Positions 50,778-59,402 of a stretch of 64,000 nucleotides of DNA are shown here, in pieces. Source of the stretch: Rhodoferax sp. UBA6134 (GTDB lineage: Bacteria > Pseudomonadota > Gammaproteobacteria > Burkholderiales > Burkholderiaceae_C); contig DIVK01000060.1 in the NCBI GenBank assembly GCA_002422455.1, positions 13,428 to 77,427 of the forward strand, read 5' to 3'. Positions within the stretch are counted from its first letter, which is position 1, and the number at the start of each line of letters is the position of its first letter. Made by a program: the position numbers and the translations under genes. The notes under the pieces are model-generated. The model worked only from the letters and a program-made list of their open reading frames with translations. It was not told the DNA's origin and ran no database searches.

Positions 50778-52022
50778 ATGAAACGTGTTGATGACTTCCG
50801 TCTGAAGTTCGGGAAAAAAGAATTGGTGCCGATCATCGTCGGCGGCATGGGGGTTGATATTTCAACGGCCGAACTGGCGCTTGAAACGGCCCGGCTCGGT
50901 GGCATTGGCCATATTTCCGATGCCATGGTGCCCGATGTTTCCGATAAACGTTTTGACACCAGCTTCGTCAAGGACAAAACCCGGTTCTACAAGTACAACA
51001 TCGACAACGCCGACAAGTCCAGCATCAAGTTCGACCTGGGCGCGCTGGCCGACGCCACGCGGCGGCATGTCGGCGCCACCATGCAGGCCAAGCGTGGTGA
51101 GGGCCTGGTGTTCGTCAACTGCATGGAAAAGCTGACCATGAACGCGCCGCGCGAGACGCTGCAGGTGCGCATGGCGTCTGCGCTGGACGCCGGCATTGAC
51201 GGCATCACCTTGAGTGCGGGCCTGCATTTGGGCTCGTTTGGACTGATTGCAGACCATCCCCGCTTCCGCGATGCCAGGCTGGGCATCATCGTGTCGTCGG
51301 TGCGGGCCCTGCAATTGTTTCTGCGCAAGAACGCAAGACTGGATCGCCTGCCCGATTTCGTGATCGTGGAGGGTCCGCTTGCCGGGGGGCATCTGGGTTT
51401 CGGCATGGACTGGGCGCAGTACGACCTGGCCACCATCATCGCCGAAATTGTGCAATACCTGAAAACCGAACAACTTGCCATTCCGGTCATTGCGGCGGGC
51501 GGCATCTTCACCGGCAGTGATGCCGTGTCGTTTCTGGAGCAGGGAGCAGCAGCGGTGCAAGTCGCAACGCGGTTTACCGTGGCCAATGAATGTGGCTTGC
51601 CCGACAAGGTCAAGCAGGAGTATTTCAGGGCGAGCGAAGACGACATCATCGTCAACACCATTTCGCCGACCGGCTACCCGATGCGCATGCTCAGGAACAC
51701 GCCAGCCATTGGTTCCGGCATTCGCCCGGGATGTGAATCCTATGGCTATCTGCTTGACGGCAATGGCAACTGCGCCTACATCACGGCCTATAACCGCGAA
51801 GTGGCCCTGCATCCGAACGCCAAGACGGTTTCGGTCATGGACAAGACCTGCCTGTGTACCCACATGCGCAATTACAACTGCTGGACCTGCGGGCATTACA
51901 CCTACCGACTGAAGGACACGACACGCCGTCTGGCAGATGGAAGCTACCAGACCTTGAGCGCAGAGCACATTTTCAAAGACTACCAGTTCAGCACCGATCA
52001 GAAGATTGTCTTGCCGGCCTGA
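50778..52022 (+). CDS. Nitronate monooxygenase-family flavoprotein with Cys-rich C-terminus (FabX-like)
   Basis: PIIVGGMGV, VEGPLAGGHLG, PVIAAGGI, VQVATRF, SPTGYP; start set at MKRVDD. Confidence 0.8.
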   Translation: MKRVDDFRLKFGKKELVPIIVGGMGVDISTAELALETARLGGIGHISDAMVPDVSDKRFDTSFVKDKTRFYKYNIDNADKSSIKFDLGALADATRRHVGATMQAKRGEGLVFVNCMEKLTMNAPRETLQVRMASALDAGIDGITLSAGLHLGSFGLIADHPRFRDARLGIIVSSVRALQLFLRKNARLDRLPDFVIVEGPLAGGHLGFGMDWAQYDLATIIAEIVQYLKTEQLAIPVIAAGGIFTGSDAVSFLEQGAAAVQVATRFTVANECGLPDKVKQEYFRASEDDIIVNTISPTGYPMRMLRNTPAIGSGIRPGCESYGYLLDGNGNCAYITAYNREVALHPNAKTVSVMDKTCLCTHMRNYNCWTCGHYTYRLKDTTRRLADGSYQTLSAEHIFKDYQFSTDQKIVLPA

Positions 52023-52029
52023 TCGTCAT

Positions 52030-52348
52030 GCGCGGCATGGTGCGTCGATGGGACGATCTGCAGCACTTTGCAGATCGGCGCGACTTCGTACTTCGTGAGT
52101 GTGGCGATGCCGCCCAGCTTGGGCTGCAGACCATCGTAGACCTGCTTCGGCGTGACCCGATCGAGACTTGAGTGCGGCCGCTCGGTGTTGTACCAATCGA
52201 AGTATTGGGCGATGTTGGCACGAGCGGCGCCCGCGCTGTCGTAGGCCATGAGGTGCATGAGAGTGCCGATGTGACGTCGTCCAACGTGAATGTCCTCACG
52301 TTTCCACTTTTAAAAGTGAAAAGTGTTCAAATTTGCGTGACCACTTCT
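52030..52348 (-). pseudogene. IS3-family transposase relics
   Basis: AYDSAGAARANIAQYFDWYNTERPHSSLDRVTP (integrase-core C-terminus) joined to YEVAPICKVLQIVPS (OrfB N-terminus-like). Confidence 0.7.
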
Positions 52349-52362
52349 TGTTGCGGTGGCAC

Positions 52363-52396
52363 AAAAAGAAATGGACACCACAGGGGTGTCCATTTC
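52363..52396 (-). terminator. Intrinsic terminator after tRNA-Asn
   Basis: gaaatggacacc/ggtgtccatttc 12-bp stem; U-tract on the minus strand. Confidence 0.75.
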
Positions 52397-52406
52397 CGTG
52401 CCTAAT

Positions 52407-52482
52407 TGGCTCCTCGACCTGGGCTCGAACCAGGGACCTACGGATTAACAGTCCGGCGCTCTACCGACTGAGCTATCGAGGA
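52407..52482 (-). tRNA. tRNA-Asn(GTT)
   Basis: TCCTCGATAGCTCAGTCGGTAGAGCGCCGGACTGTTAATCCGTAGGTCCCTGGTTCGAGCCCAGGTCGAGGAGCCA. Confidence 0.97.
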
Positions 52483-52624
52483 ATAAGCCTTGAATTATAG
52501 CGTCATTTTTTGTGCATCTTTTTGACGAGTGGATGATTGATTCAAAAAAAAATCTTTCGAAAAAAGTTAATTGCCGCACTGAGCAGAATTTTTGGTTCAT
52601 GGCTGATTGTGCAAGAATGAACCG

Positions 52625-53476
52625 ATGATTTTTGAGGCATCCGGATTCGAGTATCCCCGCGTGTTGTCGATCGCCGGCTCGGACAGTGGAGGGGGGGCGG
52701 GCATTCAGGCTGATCTGAAAACCTTTGCGGCGCTGGGGTGCTACGGCATGACGGCGATCACCGCGCTCACGGCGCAAAACACCTGCGGTGTGCGGTCCAT
52801 CCACGGTGTGCCGCCGCACATGCTGCGTGACCAGATTGACGCGGTGATCGAAGACATCGGCGCTGATGCCGTCAAGATCGGCATGCTGTACACGCCGGAA
52901 ATTGTGCATGTGGTGGCCGCGGCCATCGACCGGCATGCCTTGAGAAACGTGGTTTTTGACCCGGTGATGGTGGCCAGCAGCGGGGCGGGGTTGATTGACA
53001 ACGCGGCGGTCGAGGTGCTGGTGCGTGAGTTGTTCCCGCGTGTGGCGGTGATCACGCCCAATCTGGATGAGGCTGCGTTGCTGGTGGGGCGCATCTTGCG
53101 CTCGGCGCAGGACATGGAGCAGGCCGCGCTGGCCTTGCAGGCGCGAGGCGCGCGTGCCGTTTTGTTGAAGGGTGGCCATTTGCCGGGGGATACTGTCATC
53201 GATTTTCTGCTTACCCATGACGGCGAGAAAGTCTGGATGCGGGCACCGCGCCTTCACAGTGCCAATACCCATGGCACGGGTTGCACGCTCTCCAGTGCCG
53301 TGGCGGCTCATCTGGCCCTGGGTGCGTCGCTGGTGGATGCCGTGCAGCTTGCCCGCACCTTTGTGCGAAACGCGTTGCAGGCGGGCGCACAGGTGCATAC
53401 CGGCAAGTGCGGTGGCCCGCTCAACCACGGCCACGCACCGCTCGCCATGCGGCTGCTCCCCCGGTCATCGACCTGA
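52625..53476 (+). CDS. thiD: Hydroxymethylpyrimidine/phosphomethylpyrimidine kinase
   Basis: SIAGSDSGGGAGIQADLKT, TAQNT, KIGML, TPNLDEA, THGTGCTLSS. Confidence 0.96.
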   Translation: MIFEASGFEYPRVLSIAGSDSGGGAGIQADLKTFAALGCYGMTAITALTAQNTCGVRSIHGVPPHMLRDQIDAVIEDIGADAVKIGMLYTPEIVHVVAAAIDRHALRNVVFDPVMVASSGAGLIDNAAVEVLVRELFPRVAVITPNLDEAALLVGRILRSAQDMEQAALALQARGARAVLLKGGHLPGDTVIDFLLTHDGEKVWMRAPRLHSANTHGTGCTLSSAVAAHLALGASLVDAVQLARTFVRNALQAGAQVHTGKCGGPLNHGHAPLAMRLLPRSST

Positions 53477-53526
53477 AGGGGGCTGCGGGTCGAATATAAA
53501 AAAATATCGACCAGCGTCCGATTCGC

Positions 53527-54489
53527 TCATAACTGGAGCAGACGCTCCTTTGCGGCGCGGTATTCGGCTTCGAGCCGGTCAACCAGGCTCGCTACGTCCG
53601 GAATGTCGCTGATGGTGCCGATGCCCTGGCCGACGCCCCAAATGTCTTTCCATGCCTTGGCTTTTGGTTTGAATACCAATTTTCCGGCCTGGGCATCATC
53701 AGGCCGCGCGAGATTGTCCGGATCGAGGCCGGCGGCGACGATGCTGGAACGCAGGTAGTTGGCATGCACGCCGCTGAACAAGTCGGTATAGACCACGTCG
53801 GCGGCCATGCCGTCGAGAATTCCCTGCTTGTATTCGGGCGTTGCGTTGGCCTCCTGGGTGGCGATGAAGCGCGTGCCCATGTAGGCGTAGTCCGCACCCA
53901 TGGCCTGCGCGGCCAGAATGCCGGAGCCGGTCGAAATGGCGCCCGACAGTGCCAGCGGGCCGTCGTAGTGGCGGCGAATTTCGGCCACCAAGGCGATCGG
54001 ATTGATGCGCCCGGCATGCCCCCCGGCGCCATGGGCGACCAGGATCAGGCCGTCAACACCCGATTCGAGCGCTTTCATCGCATGGCGGAAGTTGATGACG
54101 TCATGAATGATGGTGCCGCCGTAGCGATGGATTTCCTGCACCACTTCATTCGGCGCGCGCATGCTGGTGATCGTCATCGGCACCTGGTGGCGCATGCAGA
54201 TTTCAAGGTCGCGTTGCAAGCGTGTGTTGGACGGGTTGACGATCTGGTTGACCGCGAAGGGCGCGACCGGCCGGTCCGGATTTGCGGCCTGGAATTGCGC
54301 CAGTTCGGCCTTGAGCCCGGTCAGCCAGCGATCCAGATCGCCCTCATCGCGCGCGTTGAGCGCCGGGAAGGATCCAACCACGCCAGCCTTGCACTGGGCA
54401 GCGACCAGGGCCGGGTAGGAGACGATGAACATCGGCGAGCAAATGACGGGCAGACGCAGTTTGCCGTCCAGCAGTTTGAGTGTGGTCAT
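53527..54489 (-). CDS. Nitronate monooxygenase-family flavoprotein
   Basis: PVICSPMFIVS, GSFPALNAR, GAGGHAG, YMGTRFIAT, KAWKDIWG. Confidence 0.88.
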   Translation of the reverse strand: MTTLKLLDGKLRLPVICSPMFIVSYPALVAAQCKAGVVGSFPALNARDEGDLDRWLTGLKAELAQFQAANPDRPVAPFAVNQIVNPSNTRLQRDLEICMRHQVPMTITSMRAPNEVVQEIHRYGGTIIHDVINFRHAMKALESGVDGLILVAHGAGGHAGRINPIALVAEIRRHYDGPLALSGAISTGSGILAAQAMGADYAYMGTRFIATQEANATPEYKQGILDGMAADVVYTDLFSGVHANYLRSSIVAAGLDPDNLARPDDAQAGKLVFKPKAKAWKDIWGVGQGIGTISDIPDVASLVDRLEAEYRAAKERLLQL

Positions 54490-54516
54490 GCGACAGGAAC
54501 TCCTGTGGTGTGTGAA

Positions 54517-55668
54517 TCAGCCTGGAAAGATGTGGTTGGCAATCGCGTTCTTCTGCGTCTGCGTGGTGCCGCCGGTGATGGTGAGCATGCGCACGTCGCG
54601 CACCATGCGCTCCAGCGGCAGCAGGCCGAAGTAGCCGTAGCCGCCGAACATCTGCTGGCAGGTGAGTGTGACCTTTTGCGCCATCTCGGTGGCATGCACC
54701 TTGGCCACCGACGACAGGCAGGGGTCCGGCTTGCCGGCGTCGATGGCGGCCAGCGCGCGGTAGCACAGCGAGCGTGCCGCTTCGATTTCAATCCACATGT
54801 CGGCCATCATCCAGCGCAGGCCCTGCATGTCGGCCAGCCGCTGGCCGAACTGCTGGCGCACCAGCATGTAGTCGCGCGCCAGCTCGAATGCGCCTTCGGC
54901 CACGCCCAATGCCATCACGCCCATGCCGACCCGCGTCGAGTTGTAGATGGTGAGCGCCGCGACGAAGCCCCTGGAGTTTTCCGGATCACCCGGCGTCACG
55001 ACGTTGGACGCCGGCACCCGCACGTTGTCGAAGAAAAGTTCGTTCTCGCTGGCGCCGCGCACACCCATCTTGTACGGAATCTTGTGGACCGTGAGGCCCG
55101 GGCTGTCTTTGGGCACGAGGATGGTGCCGATGCCGCGCGCGCCCTTGGACGGGCCAAACCGTGCGTACACCAAGTTCAGGTCGGCGCGGTCGCCGTAGGT
55201 GGTGAACACTTTCTGGCCGTTGATGAGGTAGTCATCGCCGTCGCGGGTGGCGCTGGTCGTGATGGCCGAGCCGTCGGAGCCGGCCTGCGGCTCGGTCCAG
55301 GCGATGCTGCACTCGACCTCGCCGCTGATGATCTTCGGGATCAGGCGCTGGCGCATTTCCTCCGCGCCGTAGGTGGCGATGATGCGCGGCGAGACGTTTT
55401 GCTCATGCACGATCAGGGCGGTGGCCAGGTCCACCTTGGCGATTTCTTCGATCACCAGGTAGGTCTCGACCAGCCCCATGCCGGAGCCGCCGTATTTCTC
55501 GTCGATGCTCAGGCCCAGGTAGCCCAGCTCACACAGCAGCTTCTTGTTTTCCTCGGGAAAGACTTCTTCCCGGTCCCAGCGCGCCGCCTTGTCCTTGAAG
55601 ACATCGTTGGCGAGCTTGCGCGCGGCATCGCGCAATTCGACTTGCTGCGCGGTCAGCTCGAAATTCAT
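54517..55668 (-). CDS. Acyl-CoA dehydrogenase-fold flavoprotein lacking the canonical catalytic Glu
   Basis: TEPQAGSD, NGQKVF, RQQFG, GGYGY; YNSTR and TITGGT at the two catalytic-base positions. Confidence 0.88.
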   Translation of the reverse strand: MNFELTAQQVELRDAARKLANDVFKDKAARWDREEVFPEENKKLLCELGYLGLSIDEKYGGSGMGLVETYLVIEEIAKVDLATALIVHEQNVSPRIIATYGAEEMRQRLIPKIISGEVECSIAWTEPQAGSDGSAITTSATRDGDDYLINGQKVFTTYGDRADLNLVYARFGPSKGARGIGTILVPKDSPGLTVHKIPYKMGVRGASENELFFDNVRVPASNVVTPGDPENSRGFVAALTIYNSTRVGMGVMALGVAEGAFELARDYMLVRQQFGQRLADMQGLRWMMADMWIEIEAARSLCYRALAAIDAGKPDPCLSSVAKVHATEMAQKVTLTCQQMFGGYGYFGLLPLERMVRDVRMLTITGGTTQTQKNAIANHIFPG

Positions 55669-55707
55669 GGCAATCTCCGTTTTTTGTGGGGCATTCGCTG
55701 CTGCCGC

Positions 55708-56859
55708 TTACTTCGGGTTCAGCCCCATCAGCTTGGCGATGATGTTGCGCTGCATCTGCGAGGTGCCGGCCGTGATGGTGGTCGAGCGGGCGTCGCGGTA
55801 GTGGCGCTGCATGTCGAACTCCATGATGTAGCCGTAACCGCCCATGATCTGCATGCCGTTGTTGGCCGCCTTGACGTAGGTTTCCGAACCGAACAGCTTG
55901 GCCATCGACAACGCTTTCAACGCGTCCTTGCCGTTGTTCAGTTGCCAGGCGGCTTGCCACAGCAGCAGGCGGCTGGCTTCGACCTCGGTCTGCATGTCGG
56001 CCAGCATGTGGGCGATCGACTGGAAGTTGCCGATCGGCTTGCCGAACTGCTTGCGCTCGCTGGCGTAGGCCACGGCCTGATCGACCACGTTTTGCGCCGC
56101 GCCGCTGTAGGCGGCGGTGGTCATCAGGCGCTCCAGTTGCAGGCCCGAAAGCATGTAATCCCAGCCGCGATTCGGTTCCCCGACCAGCCGGTCTGCCGGC
56201 ACGCGCACGTTGTCGAAAAATATCTCGTAGGTGCCCAGCGAGCGGCGCCCGAGGGTGTCGAGCTTTCTCAGATTGACGCCAGGCAGTGTGTTGTCCACCA
56301 GAATCAGCGAGATGCCCTGCTTGTAGGGCACGCTGGTGTCGGTCTTGACGTACACCGAAATGATGTTGTCTTTGGCGCCCGCCGCAGTGGCGAAGACCTT
56401 CTGGCCGTTGATGACCCACTCGTCGCCCTCGCGCCGCGCCGTGGTGCGCATGGCGCCGGCGTCGGAGCCGGCGTCGGGCTCGGTCATCGAGATCGACATG
56501 CGGATCTCGCCAGACATCAGCTTGGGCAGGAAATAGCGCTTCTGTGCTTCCGTGCCGTTGTGCAGCAGGTTCAGGCCGTTGAACACCGAGGTGCCGTAGG
56601 CGCCCAGCATGTCGTAGCTCTTGCGGCCCAGCTCTTCGCTGATGATGGTGAAGTCCATCACGTTGCCGCCCAGGCCGCCGTATTCCTCGGGGAACACCAT
56701 CGAAATCAGGCCCATCTCGATGAACGCGTCATAGACCTCGTAGGGGTAACGTGCATTGACATCGGTTTCCCTGATGTATTCGGGTGTCGCAATCTTGTCG
56801 AGCATCTTGCGCACGCTGTCGCGCAGGATGTTTTGCTGTTCGGTAAAACTGAAATCCAT
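55708..56859 (-). CDS. Acyl-CoA dehydrogenase
   Basis: TEPDAGSD, LQLER, RKQFG, GGYGY. Confidence 0.92.
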   Translation of the reverse strand: MDFSFTEQQNILRDSVRKMLDKIATPEYIRETDVNARYPYEVYDAFIEMGLISMVFPEEYGGLGGNVMDFTIISEELGRKSYDMLGAYGTSVFNGLNLLHNGTEAQKRYFLPKLMSGEIRMSISMTEPDAGSDAGAMRTTARREGDEWVINGQKVFATAAGAKDNIISVYVKTDTSVPYKQGISLILVDNTLPGVNLRKLDTLGRRSLGTYEIFFDNVRVPADRLVGEPNRGWDYMLSGLQLERLMTTAAYSGAAQNVVDQAVAYASERKQFGKPIGNFQSIAHMLADMQTEVEASRLLLWQAAWQLNNGKDALKALSMAKLFGSETYVKAANNGMQIMGGYGYIMEFDMQRHYRDARSTTITAGTSQMQRNIIAKLMGLNPK

Positions 56860-56907
56860 GGGTCGTTCCTCTTTCTTGTTTGTGAGACTGGCGCGCGCTG
56901 TAGGTGA

Positions 56908-58089
56908 TCAACTGCGGCGCTGGTTGAAGCTGCGTCCGTAAACGATGGACGCGATCGTGTTGCGCAGGATTTCGACCGTGCCGCCGCCGAGCGCGAAGCC
57001 GCGCGAATCGCGCACCATGCGCTCCAGCGGGAAATCGCGCGTGAAGCCATAGTGGCCGTGGATTTGCAGCGCCTCGTTGGTCACGCGCTGCACCATCTCG
57101 TTGGCGTAGAGCTTGGCTTGCGCGGCCGCCAGCGGATTGGGGAAACCGTCTTCCAGGTGGGTGGCCGCATGATGCACCATCAGCCGGGTGGCGTGGATCT
57201 GCGTTGCCATGTCGGCAATCTTCCACTGGATGCCCTGGAACTCGCAGATCGGGCGGCCGAACTGCGGACGCTCCTTCGAATAGGCCACGGCCAGCTCGAA
57301 GGCCCCCTGCGCCACCCCCAGGCACATGGCCGCATTGCCCACGCGCTCGGGGCCGAAGGAGCTCATCAGCACCCGAAAGCTCCGGGTCGAGTGCTCGTCG
57401 CCCAGCATCAGCAGATTTTCCCTGGGCACGCGGCAGTTGTCGAAGAAGAGTTCGGCCTCGGCCACGCCGCGCCCGCCCATCTTGCGGTCCGGCTTTCCGA
57501 CTTCGAAGCCGGGCATGCCTTTTTCCACCACCAGCGCGCCGATGCCGTTGGCCCCGCTAGTCTTGCCGAAGCGCGCGAATACCAGCACGTGGGTGGCCAG
57601 GTGGCCGCCGGTGCAAAACACCTTCTGGCCGTTGAGCACGTAAGCATCGCCGTCGGGCAGCGCCGAGGTCACCATGTCGGTGGTGGCCGAACCGGCGCCG
57701 GGCTCGCTCATGCCGATGCCGAACATGTACTCACCGCTGGCGCACTTGGGCAGGAAACGGTTTTTCTGCTCTTCGGAGCCCAGAATCTCGATCGCCCGCG
57801 ACGGCCCGTTGATGGCCAACTGGCAGACCAGCCCCGTGTTGAAGCAGACGCGCGAAATTTCTTCCAGAAACACCGTGGCGTGCAGGATCGACAGGCCCGA
57901 ACCGCCGTACTGCTCCGGAATCACCAGACCGAGGTAGCCGAGCCGGGCCAGCAGATCGCGGTTTTCCTGGGGGAACTTTTCTTCCTCATCCCAATAGGCC
58001 GCCTTGGCGGAAAACGCATCGGTGGCGAACTTGCGCAGCGTGGCGCGGAACTCGTCGAGTTCGCTTGCGGAAACGGCTGAGGGGTCCAT
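56908..58089 (-). CDS. Acyl-CoA dehydrogenase
   Basis: SEPGAGS, FGPER, RPQFGRPI..FQG, HGHYGF; start set at MDPSAV. Confidence 0.9.
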   Translation of the reverse strand: MDPSAVSASELDEFRATLRKFATDAFSAKAAYWDEEEKFPQENRDLLARLGYLGLVIPEQYGGSGLSILHATVFLEEISRVCFNTGLVCQLAINGPSRAIEILGSEEQKNRFLPKCASGEYMFGIGMSEPGAGSATTDMVTSALPDGDAYVLNGQKVFCTGGHLATHVLVFARFGKTSGANGIGALVVEKGMPGFEVGKPDRKMGGRGVAEAELFFDNCRVPRENLLMLGDEHSTRSFRVLMSSFGPERVGNAAMCLGVAQGAFELAVAYSKERPQFGRPICEFQGIQWKIADMATQIHATRLMVHHAATHLEDGFPNPLAAAQAKLYANEMVQRVTNEALQIHGHYGFTRDFPLERMVRDSRGFALGGGTVEILRNTIASIVYGRSFNQRRS

Positions 58090-58396
58090 GTCTCGTCTTT
58101 CTTTTATTGGCATAAAAATGTCGGCCATGCCTCGGCATGGCCGACTCGGTGTATCAATCCTGATCCTGGTGTTGCGCACGATGCCGATGTCGGTGTTGCC
58201 CCGACCCTTGATGCATCTCCTCGTGTGCTTTTATTTTTTGACGGATGTCCTGACAGCCGGACATTTTGAGTTAGCCCCGATGGCTTGTCAATACGGCTGA
58301 CATGCTGCGCTTGGGTGTCTTCAGTACAACGGTGCTTTCTTTCGCACCGGTTTTCCCTGCCGGAGTGCGGGCCGGTCGTGATATTCTTGAACACCA

Positions 58397-59329
58397 ATGA
58401 TCGACATCCTCACCGTCACCATGAACCCCGCTGTCGATATTGCCACGTCGACCGACAAGGTGCTGCCTACGCACAAGCTCAGGTGTGGAGTGCCGCACCG
58501 ACACCCTGGCGGCGGCGGGGTCAATGTGGCGCGGGTAGTGCATCGGCTGGGCGGCGATTGCGTTGCGCTTTATCCGGCGGGCGGCGCTACGGGCGACTTG
58601 CTGCGGCAGTTGCTCGATGCAGAAGGGGTCGCCAGCTTGTGCATTGGCATTGCCGGTGAAACCCGCGAGAGTTTTTCGGTCAACGAATTGACGAGCGCAC
58701 AGGAGTATCGATTCGTCTTGCCGGGGCCCGAGTTGACGTCGCCCGAATGGCAGACCTGCCTCGATCAGGTTGCCGGGCTGGCTGAGGCGCCGCGTTATCT
58801 TGTGGCCAGCGGCAGTCTGCCGCCGGGCGTCCCCGACGATTTCTATGCGCGTTTGATCAGGGCGACGAAGCCTTGGGGTGCCAGAACGGTTCTTGATGCG
58901 TCCGGGCCGGCCCTGGCGGCAGCGCTGGAAGAAGGGGTTTACCTGGTCAAGCCCAGCCTGCGGGAGTTGCGCGACCTTGTTGGGCAGCCATTGGAAACCG
59001 AGCTGCAGTGGCGTGGCGCGGCCGAGCGACTGGTTGAGCACGGCAAGGCGCAGGTCGTTGTGCTCTCTTTGGGAGAGGGGGGGGCCTGGCTGGTCACGGC
59101 TGAAGGCGCATGCTTCGCCCCCAGCCTGCCCGTCAAGGTCGTCAGTACCGTCGGGGCGGGTGACAGCTTTGTTGGCGGCATGGTGTGGACCCTGGCACGC
59201 GGTCTTGGGCTGAAAGACGCTTTTCGGTATGGTGTTGCTGCAGGTGCCGCGGCCTTGCTGAGCACGGGTATGGGGCTTGTTCAGGCGTCAGATGTCGCCC
59301 GCTTGTACGGTGATGTCGTCTTGAGATGA
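58397..59329 (+). CDS. 1-phosphofructokinase/PfkB-family hexose kinase
   Basis: TVTMNPAVD, PGGGGVNVARV, SGSLPPG, KPS..EL, STVGAGDS. Confidence 0.92.
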   Translation: MIDILTVTMNPAVDIATSTDKVLPTHKLRCGVPHRHPGGGGVNVARVVHRLGGDCVALYPAGGATGDLLRQLLDAEGVASLCIGIAGETRESFSVNELTSAQEYRFVLPGPELTSPEWQTCLDQVAGLAEAPRYLVASGSLPPGVPDDFYARLIRATKPWGARTVLDASGPALAAALEEGVYLVKPSLRELRDLVGQPLETELQWRGAAERLVEHGKAQVVVLSLGEGGAWLVTAEGACFAPSLPVKVVSTVGAGDSFVGGMVWTLARGLGLKDAFRYGVAAGAAALLSTGMGLVQASDVARLYGDVVLR

Positions 59330-59402
59330 CAGCGCCCTTGCGAAATTTTTGTGGTAGATATCCTCGCAGCCGTGGTGGCAGGAATTTTATGTTGAATCGC
59401 AT

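Noticed and set aside
52483-52624. TPP riboswitch upstream of thiD
   Set aside because: No recognisable TPP aptamer core; the region is an AT-rich divergent promoter
53764-56907. 1047-aa plus-strand ORF
   Set aside because: Antisense shadow spanning three genuine minus-strand genes
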